In this document: positions 7,127-15,064 of the stretch, piece after piece | Numbering within the stretch: position 1 is the stretch's first letter | Layout: the number at the start of each line of letters is the position of its first letter | Virus genome (UHGV): UHGV-1567883 | DNA: 16,300 nt | Strand: one strand, 5' to 3' | Source of the DNA: a virus | Notes under the pieces: model-generated | Told to the model about the DNA's origin: nothing | Database searches by the model: none | What the model saw: only the letters and a program-made list of their open reading frames with translations | Program-made: the position numbers and the translations under genes

Positions 7127-7305
7127 AGGACTGTCTCCTTCTGCCGGTTGAAATCACCCACAGCCCACTCTGCAAAGCTGTGGGTTACAATTTCCCTGTC
7201 ACCTGGTACATTCACTGCATAGCAATACTCCACCTTCGCTTTTCCACCCGGTACAGGAAGCGCAATCAGTTGCGAGCGACGGTAGTGTGTTGTTAAACTG
7301 TTCAT
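6967..7305 (-). CDS. Hypothetical protein; conflicts with the overlapping 70-aa ORF
   Basis: 112 aa; ATG overlaps the upstream stop (ATGA) and its stop sits just before the O-gene SD, which is good operon geometry, but 160 nt overlap the 6914..7126 ORF. Confidence 0.4.
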   Translation of the reverse strand: MNSLTTHYRRSQLIALPVPGGKAKVEYCYAVNVPGDREIVTHSFAEWAVGDFNRQKETVLCDKLTAGSKITTECPSESFVGSRKHNGLSTSVKAMNMNASVRSNSFVVNSGK

Positions 7306-7886
7306 GCGTTAGTTTCTCCACAACCAGAAGCAATCGACGCCACGACGCCCGGAGCTGCACACTCGCGGGCGTTACTCTTTTCCGGCGCACAAAAAACACG
7401 AAATAACAGTGTTAAATGCTCCTGCCACTTCGCCATTACTTGGTAGCTGTTCTCTTCGATTTGCTCACGCTCAGCCTGGTCAATAACTCCATCAGCAGTT
7501 GCCTTGCGTAAGTACTGGGAATGCTTGCCAATCCATTCTATTGACTCCATCAGCCGCTGATTAATGTCACCATTGTCAATGTCATCAATGACCACCAGCG
7601 GCACAAACACCCCATTACTACGACGGGCTATTGCATCTGTTACATGCCTGGTACCACTGGCATCCTGTAAAACCATGGCCCACTCAAGTGGAAAAATTTG
7701 ATCCCCACCGCTACGCAGTCTGTTATGCAATTGATCTTTTGCTGGGGTGATATCATCAGATTTATACAAACCAAGAATTTCTGCTGCTTCCTCATAGCCA
7801 TGAGGTAAATCAGCAATCGTTCTTCGTATTGCTGCCACCAGCCATGCTGGTTGTTTATCAACTTTCCATTCAGGTTCTTTACCCAC
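7302..7886 (-). CDS. Regulatory protein at the cII position (CII/CP76-like or YdaT-like; family uncertain)
   Basis: 194 aa; GTG start with GAGGAA 8 nt upstream; immediately downstream of the cro-like gene. Confidence 0.45.
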   Translation of the reverse strand: MGKEPEWKVDKQPAWLVAAIRRTIADLPHGYEEAAEILGLYKSDDITPAKDQLHNRLRSGGDQIFPLEWAMVLQDASGTRHVTDAIARRSNGVFVPLVVIDDIDNGDINQRLMESIEWIGKHSQYLRKATADGVIDQAEREQIEENSYQVMAKWQEHLTLLFRVFCAPEKSNARECAAPGVVASIASGCGETNA

Positions 7887-7913
7887 GGTTAATTCCTCAT
7901 TTCTGTGGTGTTT

Positions 7914-8111
7914 TTATGCCGCAGCACTGTTAGTCTTTTGATATAAAGACACGTCAACTTTCAGTTTCCCGTTAGTAATTTTTTCTAACTGGTACGCTCG
8001 GCCTTCAGGAATAATCTCAGGCCACTCTGAAACAGACGGATGCTTAATACCTAGGGCTTCGGCGGTTTTACAAACTCCGCCGAAATAATTAATCACGTCG
8101 GATTTCCGCAT
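7914..8111 (-). CDS. Cro-like repressor (YdaS/Cro family)
   Basis: 65 aa, divergent from the cI-like gene; GGGAGA SD upstream of the ATG; first gene of the minus-strand operon from the PR-like promoter. Confidence 0.7.
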   Translation of the reverse strand: MRKSDVINYFGGVCKTAEALGIKHPSVSEWPEIIPEGRAYQLEKITNGKLKVDVSLYQKTNSAAA

Positions 8112-8142
8112 TTCTGTCTCCCGTTAAATTACGTCAAGCAGG

Positions 8143-8208
8143 AATGTAGGATATCCAACATGCCAATGTCAAGAATCCTACATTGGCATGTGGTAGGATT
8201 GCCTACAT
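8143..8208. promoter_or_regulatory. OR-like region: three 18-bp operator repeats plus PR-like promoter
   Basis: ATGTAGGATATCCAACAT 8144-8161; degenerate site 8166-8183 with perfect right half ATCCTACAT; TGGTAGGATTGCCTACAT 8191-8208. Minus-strand TTGACA (8172..8167), 18-nt spacer, TACATT (8148..8143) reading toward cro. Confidence 0.6.
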
Positions 8209-8860
8209 GATGAACATGAGTGATCGTATTCGCCAAAGGCGAAAAGAACTGAACCTGACACAACAAGCACTGGCTGATTTGACTGGTGTGAACCGTGTCA
8301 CGGTTACTGGATGGGAAAAGGACGACTACCAACCAAATGGAGCCAACCTTCAAGCCCTAGCCAACGCACTTAAATGCGATCCTCTGTGGCTTGTTAGCGG
8401 AAAAGGCTCGCCTGAACCAAAGATAAATCTAAAACCTGAAATATTCGCAGTTAAAAAAGTCCCCCTCATCTCGTGGGTTCAGGCGGGTTCATGGACAATG
8501 ACGGAGCCTGGTGTCAGGAAAGAAGATGCTGAAGAGTGGGTTTATACTACCGCCCTTGTATCAGAAATGGCATTTGCACTACGGGTCCGTGGTGATTCAA
8601 TGACCAATCCCCTCGGCTCACCATCGATACCAGAAGGTTCTATCGTTATCGTAGAGCCAGATATTATTGATACAGAGTGTATTAACGGAAAAATCGTTGT
8701 TGCCCATATCAATGGTGGGCAAGAAGCGACACTCAAAAAATTTGTTGAGGACTGGCCGAACAGGTATCTCGTCCCACTAAATCCTAACTATAAAACTATT
8801 GAATGCGGTGAGAACTGCAGAATAGTTGGTCTTGTCAAACAAGTAATAATGGATTTTTGA
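8207..8860 (+). CDS. CI-like prophage repressor (HTH_XRE N-terminus, S24 LexA-like autopeptidase C-terminus)
   Basis: HTH LNLTQQALADLTGVNRVTVTGWE; Ala-Gly cleavage site in VQAGSW; catalytic Ser in GDSM and Lys in ATLKK. The track start at 8183 is probably too long; ATGs at 8207/8210/8216 follow AGGA. Confidence 0.85.
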   Translation: MMNMSDRIRQRRKELNLTQQALADLTGVNRVTVTGWEKDDYQPNGANLQALANALKCDPLWLVSGKGSPEPKINLKPEIFAVKKVPLISWVQAGSWTMTEPGVRKEDAEEWVYTTALVSEMAFALRVRGDSMTNPLGSPSIPEGSIVIVEPDIIDTECINGKIVVAHINGGQEATLKKFVEDWPNRYLVPLNPNYKTIECGENCRIVGLVKQVIMDF

Positions 8861-8884
8861 CACATCTTCCTTACTATCGCAAAA

Positions 8885-8907
8885 CCGGGGTATCCCCGGT
8901 TTTTTTA
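8885..8907 (+). terminator. Intrinsic terminator after the cI-like gene
   Basis: CCGGGG-tat-CCCCGG followed by an 8-T run. Confidence 0.75.
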
Positions 8908-8922
8908 TGAGCCTATCTTTTT

Positions 8923-8976
8923 ATGTAGGATAACCAACATAAACTCTTGACACCTACATGTTGGATATCCTACATT
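8923..8976. promoter_or_regulatory. OL-like region: two operator repeats plus PL-like promoter
   Basis: ATGTAGGATAACCAACAT 8923-8940 and ATGTTGGATATCCTACAT 8958-8975 (exact reverse complement of the OR site at 8144-8161). Plus-strand TTGACA 8947-8952, 18-nt spacer, TACATT 8971-8976. Confidence 0.6.
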
Positions 8977-9134
8977 TGTTTTTAGAGTTGTGGTGAATGC
9001 GCAGGCTGATGCGCGAAAGACATTGCAGCTATTGCGGAAAAGAGCTGTTCGGCGGGGCAATTAAACGCCCGTGAGAGTCTGAAATAACCGCAAGCCGGAG
9101 ATCAGCACCGGTCACCACAACAGCCACTGCTTTG

Positions 9135-9269
9135 GCGGTACCAGTTTGTACACTTGCTTCCGGCTGGTACCGCTCTTTTTACAAAACAGAGAAGAGCATC
9201 ACCGGACGACGGGCTCATAACCCAATCCATCCGGGCGGCTGCCACCGCAGGTGTTCTTCTCTGTTTTGT
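9135..9269 (+). promoter_or_regulatory. Structured leader of the early-left operon: terminator-like hairpin plus a long-range 15-bp inverted repeat
   Basis: GCGGTACCAG (9135-9144) / CTGGTACCGC (9164-9173) followed by a T-run 9176-9180; ACAAAACAGAGAAGA (9181-9195) pairs with TCTTCTCTGTTTTGT (9255-9269). Confidence 0.35.
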
Positions 9270-9317
9270 GGAGAAACTAACCGACCTTGCAGGGTCGATA
9301 TGATGAGGAGCAGCAAA

Positions 9318-9680
9318 ATGGCTAGCGAACGCAGTACTGATGTGCAGGCATTTATCGGGGAGCTGGACGGCGGCGTATTTGAAACCAAAATCGGCGCAGT
9401 TCTCAGTGAAGTCGCTTCCGGTGTGATGAACACGAAAACCAAAGGTAAGGTCTCACTCAATCTGGAAATCGAACCGTTTGATGAGAACCGAGTGAAAATC
9501 AAACACAAACTCTCATATGTTCGCCCGACTAACCGCGGGAAAATTTCCGAAGAAGACACCACCGAAACGCCGATGTATGTCAATCGCGGTGGTCGCCTGA
9601 CTATTCTGCAGGAAGACCAGGGACAATTACTGACTCTTGCCGGTGAACCTGACGGAAAACTCCGCGCAGCAGGTCGTTAA
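9318..9680 (+). CDS. YfdP-like hypothetical phage protein
   Basis: The 120-aa version starts at the ATG at 9318 preceded by GAGGAG; the longer track ORF from 9132 lacks an SD. Gene order and sizes match CPS-53 yfdP/Q/R/S (recollection). Confidence 0.55.
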   Translation: MASERSTDVQAFIGELDGGVFETKIGAVLSEVASGVMNTKTKGKVSLNLEIEPFDENRVKIKHKLSYVRPTNRGKISEEDTTETPMYVNRGGRLTILQEDQGQLLTLAGEPDGKLRAAGR

Positions 9681-9745
9681 TATCGTTTTTAATAAACTGA
9701 TTATTTATCTCATCACTGAATATCTTTATATAGTGAGGACTTATT

Positions 9746-10570
9746 ATGTCTCAGAACTTAGACGCAACCGCAATTAATCAAATCCATGCCCTTATTTCTG
9801 CTCAGGGTGTTAATGAAATTATCAGTAAGATTGGTGCCGATGCTGTGGCATTGCCTGAGAACTTCCGCATTCATGATCTGGAAAAATTTAATTTAAATCG
9901 CTTCCGTTTCCGTGGTGCGCTTTCCACTGCCAGCATCGATGACTTTACCCGTTATTCTAAAGATCTTGCAAATGAAGGCACCCGCTGCTTTATTGATGCC
10001 GATAATATGCGTGCCGTCAGTGTGCTTAACCTGGGTACTATTGATGAACCAGGTCACGCAGATAACACCGCCACTCTCAAACTGAAAAAGACAGCACCGT
10101 TCTCTGCTCTGTTGTCTGTTAACGGCGAGCGTAACTCCCAGAAGTCACTGGCAGAATGGATTGAAGACTGGGCCGACTACCTTGTAGGCTTTGATGCTAA
10201 TGGTGACGCTATTCAGGCAACAAAAGCGGCTGCGGCTGTCCGTAAAATCACGATTGAAGCAAACCAGACCGCTGATTTTGAAGATAATGACTTCAGCGGA
10301 AAACGCTCCCTGATGGAGTCTGTCGAAGCGAAGACCAAAGATATTATGCCAGTGGCATTTGAATTTAAATGCGTTCCGTTTGAAGGTCTGAAAGAACGTC
10401 CGTTTAAATTACGCCTCAGCATTATCACTGGCGATCGTCCTGTACTGGTTCTGCGCATTATTCAGTTGGAAGCAGTCCAGGAAGAAATGGCTAACGAATT
10501 TCGTGATCTGCTTGTTGAGAAATTCAAAGACAGCAAAGTAGAAACCTTTATTGGTACTTTCACCGCCTGA
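9746..10570 (+). CDS. YfdQ-like phage protein (DUF2303-type)
   Basis: 274 aa, the same length as E. coli YfdQ; position between the yfdP-like and yfdR-like genes. Family assignment from recollection. Confidence 0.55.
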   Translation: MSQNLDATAINQIHALISAQGVNEIISKIGADAVALPENFRIHDLEKFNLNRFRFRGALSTASIDDFTRYSKDLANEGTRCFIDADNMRAVSVLNLGTIDEPGHADNTATLKLKKTAPFSALLSVNGERNSQKSLAEWIEDWADYLVGFDANGDAIQATKAAAAVRKITIEANQTADFEDNDFSGKRSLMESVEAKTKDIMPVAFEFKCVPFEGLKERPFKLRLSIITGDRPVLVLRIIQLEAVQEEMANEFRDLLVEKFKDSKVETFIGTFTA

Positions 10571-10697
10571 TTTCATTGCTGCAAATGCCCCTGCGGGGGC
10601 ATTTATGGAAACGTAATTGACTCAACAATCGCCTGATGGCGAGGGCTTCCTTTTACCCGAATTCAGCGCGGTGCAGCGCATATACGTGGAGAACAAA

Positions 10698-11234
10698 ATG
10701 TCATTTATTAAAACTTTTTCCGGGAAGCATTTTTACTATGACAAGATAAATAAAGACGACATCGTGATTAACGATATCGCGGTTTCCCTTTCAAATATCT
10801 GCCGCTTTGCCGGTCATCTTTCTCACTTCTACAGCGTCGCCCAACATGCGGTGCTTTGCAGCCAGCTGGTGCCGCAGGAATTTGCTTTTGAAGCGTTAAT
10901 GCATGATGCAACAGAAGCGTATTGCCAGGACATCCCCGCACCACTGAAACGCCTTCTTCCTGACTATAAACGGATGGAAGAAAAAATAGACGCAGTAATC
11001 CGTGAGAAATACGAGTTGCCCCCGGTTATGAGTACGCCTGTGAAATATGCCGATCTAATCATGCTGGCAACCGAACGCCGTGATCTCGGGCTTGATGATG
11101 GCTCTTTCTGGCCTGTACTGGAAGGCATCCCGGCAACAGAGATGTTCAACGTGATTCCACTGGCACCGGGCCACGCCTACGGGATGTTTATGGAACGTTT
11201 TAACGAGTTATCGGAGTTACGCAAATGCGCATGA
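10698..11234 (+). CDS. yfdR: HD-domain phosphohydrolase, YfdR-like 5'-deoxynucleotidase
   Basis: 178 aa from the ATG at 10698 (GTGGAGA SD 5 nt upstream); HD motif H...HD in AQHAVLCSQL ... EALMHDATEAY. Confidence 0.7.
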   Translation: MSFIKTFSGKHFYYDKINKDDIVINDIAVSLSNICRFAGHLSHFYSVAQHAVLCSQLVPQEFAFEALMHDATEAYCQDIPAPLKRLLPDYKRMEEKIDAVIREKYELPPVMSTPVKYADLIMLATERRDLGLDDGSFWPVLEGIPATEMFNVIPLAPGHAYGMFMERFNELSELRKCA

Positions 11235-11587
11235 ATGTTTTCGAAATGGAAGGGTTTCTTCGCGGGAAATGTGTACCGCGAGATCTGAAAGTGAACGAAA
11301 CAAATGCTGAGTACCTGGTACGTAAATTCGACGCGCTTGAAGCTAAATGTGCGGCACTGGAAAACAAAATAATACCAGTGTCAGCTGAACTGCCACCAGC
11401 AAATGAAAGTGTTCTGTTATTTGATGCTAACGGAGAAGGCTGGCTGATTGGCTGGCGTTCTCTCTGGTACACCTGGGAACAAAAAGAAACCGGAGAATGG
11501 CAGTGGACATTTCAGGTCGGGGACCTTGAAAACGTCAATATCACTCACTGGGCAGTAATGCCGAAAGCACCAGAGACTAAGAAATGA
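11225..11587 (+). CDS. DUF551-type phage protein (YfdS-like)
   Basis: 120 aa; Trp-rich C-terminus ...WQWTFQVGDLENVNITHWAVMPKAPE typical of DUF551; GGAG 8 nt upstream of the ATG. Confidence 0.55.
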   Translation: MRMNVFEMEGFLRGKCVPRDLKVNETNAEYLVRKFDALEAKCAALENKIIPVSAELPPANESVLLFDANGEGWLIGWRSLWYTWEQKETGEWQWTFQVGDLENVNITHWAVMPKAPETKK

Positions 11588-11799
11588 GCGTGATAAAAAC
11601 TCATACAGGAATTGTTATCACCCGAGACGGTGAAAAGCGGATGAAATTACATTCCACTGAAACGTCCTGGGTTGCCGGACGTTGTGAATCCTACGACAAA
11701 AAGACTGGTTACCGTTGGGGTGCACCAAACATGCGTCGCCGTCTGCTACTGGACAGCATCAGGCCAATAAAACAGGTAGCAACCAGGGAACAAAATTAA
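11584..11799 (+). CDS. Small hypothetical phage protein
   Basis: 71 aa; start overlaps the upstream stop (ATGA). Confidence 0.45.
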   Translation: MSVIKTHTGIVITRDGEKRMKLHSTETSWVAGRCESYDKKTGYRWGAPNMRRRLLLDSIRPIKQVATREQN

Positions 11800-11858
11800 T
11801 TATCAGGACTGGAATTTGATATTACTGCCCGTGTGCAGCGGGCTAAGTGGAGAAACAT

Positions 11859-12065
11859 ATGCTGAACCTCGATTGCGTTCCAATCTCAACTTATTGCAAA
11901 GAAACTGGCGAAACTCCTGAAGCAATAAACAAACGTGTACAGCGCGGTGTTTGGCGTGAAGGTGTTCAGGTTTTAAAGGTTGAAGGCGTTAAGGAGAGGT
12001 GGATTGATCTTAGTGAGGTTGCAAAATGGGCCAGACAAAACTGCTCAAACTACCGCGCGGCGTAA
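11859..12065 (+). CDS. xis: Excisionase (Xis-like winged helix)
   Basis: 68 aa from the ATG at 11859 (GTGGAGA SD); directly upstream of and overlapping int by 40 nt, as in lambda xis-int. Confidence 0.6.
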   Translation: MLNLDCVPISTYCKETGETPEAINKRVQRGVWREGVQVLKVEGVKERWIDLSEVAKWARQNCSNYRAA

Positions 12066-13192
12066 CAATCAGGAAACACCGCCAGGGCGAAACGATCAAT
12101 ATAACTTTCACCTACAAAGGAGTTAAATGTCGTGAGCCTCTTTCCAATCTGGAAGTAACACCAAAGAACATTAAATACGCCGAGCGCACACTCGGCGAAA
12201 TTCATAATAAGATCGAAAGGGGAACATTCATTTATGCGGAATATTTTCCCCGTTCTGCTCGTTTGAAAATTTTTGGTAATGCTGCTGCAGGCAAAACGGT
12301 AAAAATGTACCTGGACGAATACCTTGAAATCTGCGAAACGAGAAAACTTTCACCCTCTACGATTGGTGGTTATAAAAAATGCCGTAGTGCGTTAGCCTCA
12401 CTCCACATTTGCCCTGCAAGTGAATTAACACCAGCAATCCTGAAAGCGTGGATTCAAAGCCAGAAAACGACCTTAAAAACAATTCGCAACCAGTTATCTT
12501 TCCTGCGGTCAGCACTTGATGAAGCCGTAACCGATGGGGTACTTCAAATTAACCCCGTATCGTTGGTAACTGCTTCGCGCTACCAAAGTGATAAGTCAGA
12601 AGCAGAAAGCAGCTACGTGGTTGATCCGCTATCACCAGCAGAAGTTGATGCATTACTAACAGCAGCCGGAAACAAACAATGGGAGAATCTGTTCCGGTTC
12701 GCTATACATACAGGCCTGCGTAGTTCTGAATTATGTGCCCTTCGATGGCGTGATATCGACTTTGTTGGAAAAACTGCCCATGTCCAGAGCGCAAGTGTTG
12801 TCGGTGTTATCAAAGGAACAAAGACAAAAGCCGGTACTCGTAAAGTTGAACTGACAGAAGATGCAATGTTGGCGCTGATAAATCAGAAGCCATTTACATT
12901 CATGAAGGATGCTACTGTCTTTGAAGATCCAAAGACCAATAAGCCCTGGGCAAGTGCTGATGCAATCAGGAAAAAAGCATGGGTGCCAACATTGCGAAAA
13001 GCAGGTATTCGTTACAGAAATCCATATCAAACCAGGCATACATTCGCCACCCGCCATATCAGCCGGGGAGCAAACCTGTTTTGGCTTGCAGCTCAAATGG
13101 GGCATAAAGGGCCGGAGATGCTTTTCAGGCACTATGGCTCATATCTGAAGGAATATGATGGACAAACAAGCTTGAAGAAGATAACAATATAA
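12026..13192 (+). CDS. int: Tyrosine integrase (lambda Int family with N-terminal arm-binding domain)
   Basis: 388 aa; catalytic R in TGLRSSEL, H/R in QTRHTFATRH, Tyr in LFRHYGSY; GAGG SD 7 nt upstream. Confidence 0.9.
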   Translation: MGQTKLLKLPRGVTIRKHRQGETINITFTYKGVKCREPLSNLEVTPKNIKYAERTLGEIHNKIERGTFIYAEYFPRSARLKIFGNAAAGKTVKMYLDEYLEICETRKLSPSTIGGYKKCRSALASLHICPASELTPAILKAWIQSQKTTLKTIRNQLSFLRSALDEAVTDGVLQINPVSLVTASRYQSDKSEAESSYVVDPLSPAEVDALLTAAGNKQWENLFRFAIHTGLRSSELCALRWRDIDFVGKTAHVQSASVVGVIKGTKTKAGTRKVELTEDAMLALINQKPFTFMKDATVFEDPKTNKPWASADAIRKKAWVPTLRKAGIRYRNPYQTRHTFATRHISRGANLFWLAAQMGHKGPEMLFRHYGSYLKEYDGQTSLKKITI

Positions 13193-13250
13193 TCCAAGCA
13201 TGAAACTATTGGCCACAATTTGTGGCCATTTTACGGAGCAAGATAGAAAC

Positions 13251-14984
13251 ATGGCAAATCAAATTACCAAACTAAAAAATATAAATGTTGTGAAGTTTCG
13301 CGGACTGAAAAATATAAACATCGAGTTTGGTTCTCGCCTAACTGTTATTTGTGGTAAAAATGGCACATCTAAATCCACAATTCTTGGCATTATCGCCCAA
13401 ATATTTAGCTTTACAAAGGACTTTACCAAAAACCCTGAGACTGATTTAACACAATATAAAACATTAACAAATGGCAGCTTCAAGTCAGCTTTCAGCGAAC
13501 ATTTTAGGCTTTCAGAACAATTTGATGTTCCTGGTTCAATGGACGTCAAAATTAGTGTCTATGATGGTGCATCGAACAAACATCTTGAAAAACTAACATT
13601 AGGTTTATACAGCTACAGTGACAGAGATAAATCTAGGCCTGTAGTCAGGGGAAATGATTCAATACCGGAAAAAAACCAAAGTAGAAACGTTACTCATCCT
13701 GTTATTTTTTTAAGCTTAGCACGACTTCTTCCTATTACATTAAGGACTGATTACTCAACACGGGATGTTCAGTACATCAATGAAAATTCTGATGAAATCA
13801 GAATGATGAGTAACCAACTCTTACTAAAAAACAATGGAAGCTCAGTAACAGCAACAAAAGGTACTATCGATTCAATGGTTGTCCATGGTGACAATTATGA
13901 TCACCAATCAGTATCTGTTGGTGAAGATAATGTTGGACAATTAATCCAGGCAATTTTTTCATTTAAAAGATTGAAGGAAACTTATTCTGATTATCATGGC
14001 GGAATATTGTTAATTGATGAAGCCGATGCAGGTCTTTTCCCTGCGGCACAGTTAGAGCTAATTAATATTCTAACTAAAGCAGCAAAACAATACGATCTGC
14101 AAATAATCATGACCTCGCACTCTCCATTAATAATAGAGGATATCTATAATCGTTCAAAACAAGATAGTGATAGCTTTAAAACAATATATCTTACAGACAC
14201 ATATGGAGATATTAAAACAAAGAATAATCTTTCATGGACAGATATCCACGCTGATTTACATGTTGAAACTGTAAAAATTAATGATGACATTTGTCTTCCA
14301 AAGGCAAATGTATATTTTGAAGACAAAGAAGGTTTCGACTTTTTCAAACAATTGATAACAGATCGAAAAATAAATAAAATATTAAATCCATTAGGAAATA
14401 TAAATATTAGCTGCTCTGCCATGCTTGACTTAATGGCAAGAAAAATACCAGAATTTACAGCTAAAAGCTTGATCGTCTTAGACGGTGATGTTGTTCACGA
14501 CAACAGTGCTAATGCAAAAAAAGCCAAAAAAGAAAAAAACTTATGTTTGCTTCCAAGCACCTTACCTCCAGACCAAATGATTTTTGAGTTTTTATATAAT
14601 TTACCACCTGATGATGCATATTGGGAAAATAAAAATAAATTTACAAAAGCTGTTTTTATGAAAACAGCTAAAGACATAATTGCAACGCTAAAGATTGGTA
14701 ACGCTCCGATTGATTTAAAAATCCTTATAGATAATTATAAAAAAGTTAACAAAAACCATGGAGGGAGAGTTAGAAAACTGTTTAAAGATTTTGCACATAC
14801 GACTCAATTTCAGGCCCAAGTCAAAGGAAGAGTTAAAGATAACCCATATCGATATTGGGTCGAGAAAAATCCTGTTCAATCGGATAGCTTCAAGAATGAA
14901 CTAATAAAGAGTCTTAAAGTTATTATGATAAGTGGACATGGTGTCGATTCTGCTACCATCTCATCATATCTGTCAGATAACTAA
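13251..14984 (+). CDS. OLD-family-like nuclease candidate: N-terminal ABC-type ATPase plus C-terminal TOPRIM-like domain
   Basis: Walker A CGKNGTSKST (nt 13350-13379), Walker B/D-loop ILLIDEAD (14014-14028), H-loop TSHSP (14112-14126), TOPRIM-like EGFD (14328-14339) and LIVLDGD (DxD at 14481-14489). The gene is visibly AT-rich. Alternative start at 13200. Confidence 0.7.
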   Translation: MANQITKLKNINVVKFRGLKNINIEFGSRLTVICGKNGTSKSTILGIIAQIFSFTKDFTKNPETDLTQYKTLTNGSFKSAFSEHFRLSEQFDVPGSMDVKISVYDGASNKHLEKLTLGLYSYSDRDKSRPVVRGNDSIPEKNQSRNVTHPVIFLSLARLLPITLRTDYSTRDVQYINENSDEIRMMSNQLLLKNNGSSVTATKGTIDSMVVHGDNYDHQSVSVGEDNVGQLIQAIFSFKRLKETYSDYHGGILLIDEADAGLFPAAQLELINILTKAAKQYDLQIIMTSHSPLIIEDIYNRSKQDSDSFKTIYLTDTYGDIKTKNNLSWTDIHADLHVETVKINDDICLPKANVYFEDKEGFDFFKQLITDRKINKILNPLGNINISCSAMLDLMARKIPEFTAKSLIVLDGDVVHDNSANAKKAKKEKNLCLLPSTLPPDQMIFEFLYNLPPDDAYWENKNKFTKAVFMKTAKDIIATLKIGNAPIDLKILIDNYKKVNKNHGGRVRKLFKDFAHTTQFQAQVKGRVKDNPYRYWVEKNPVQSDSFKNELIKSLKVIMISGHGVDSATISSYLSDN

Positions 14985-14996
14985 TTGATTAAAAAA

Positions 14997-15030
14997 GGGT
15001 TTTATGTGATGGCCATAAAGCCCTTTTTTT
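14997..15030 (+). terminator. Strong intrinsic terminator between the OLD-like gene and the Dam-family MTase gene
   Basis: 10-bp stem GGGTTTTATG / CATAAAGCCC (one G-U pair), 7-nt loop, then a 7-T run. Confidence 0.75.
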
Positions 15031-15064
15031 GATATACTTTAGATCTGACATTTAGAGGTATCAT
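15029..15064 (+). promoter_or_regulatory. Candidate extended -10 promoter and SD of the Dam-family MTase gene, overlapping a GATC
   Basis: TGaTATACT extended -10 (15030-15038); AGATCT with GATC at 15042-15045 near the predicted start; SD AGAGG 15054-15058; ATG 15065. Confidence 0.35.

Noticed and set aside
6929-7861. ORFs 6929..7222, 7199..7399 and 7640..7861
   Set aside because: Antisense to or nested within the cII-position gene and its neighbours; no start signals.
8129-8736. Minus-strand ORFs 8129..8353 and 8542..8736
   Set aside because: Antisense to the cI-like repressor, which has unambiguous HTH and S24 motifs.
9132-9317. N-terminal extension of the first early-left gene (track start 9132) and antisense ORF 9215..9583
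   Set aside because: The extension runs through the structured leader and lacks an SD, whereas the ATG at 9318 has a perfect GAGGAG; the antisense ORF has no support.
8977-9317. An N-type antiterminator gene at the head of the early-left operon
   Set aside because: The only ORF there is 25 codons (8997-9074); although Arg-rich, it is too short to be N. Recorded as a small-ORF observation only.
10213-13148. ORFs 10213..10458, 10964..11149, 11200..11472, 12613..12813, 12731..13132 and 12909..13148
   Set aside because: Antisense or alternative frames inside the YfdQ-like, YfdR-like, DUF551 and integrase genes.
13259-14677. Minus-strand ORFs 13259..13549, 14144..14422 and 14495..14677
   Set aside because: Antisense frames within the AT-rich OLD-like gene; AT-rich DNA gives long chance ORFs rich in Phe/Ile/Lys.
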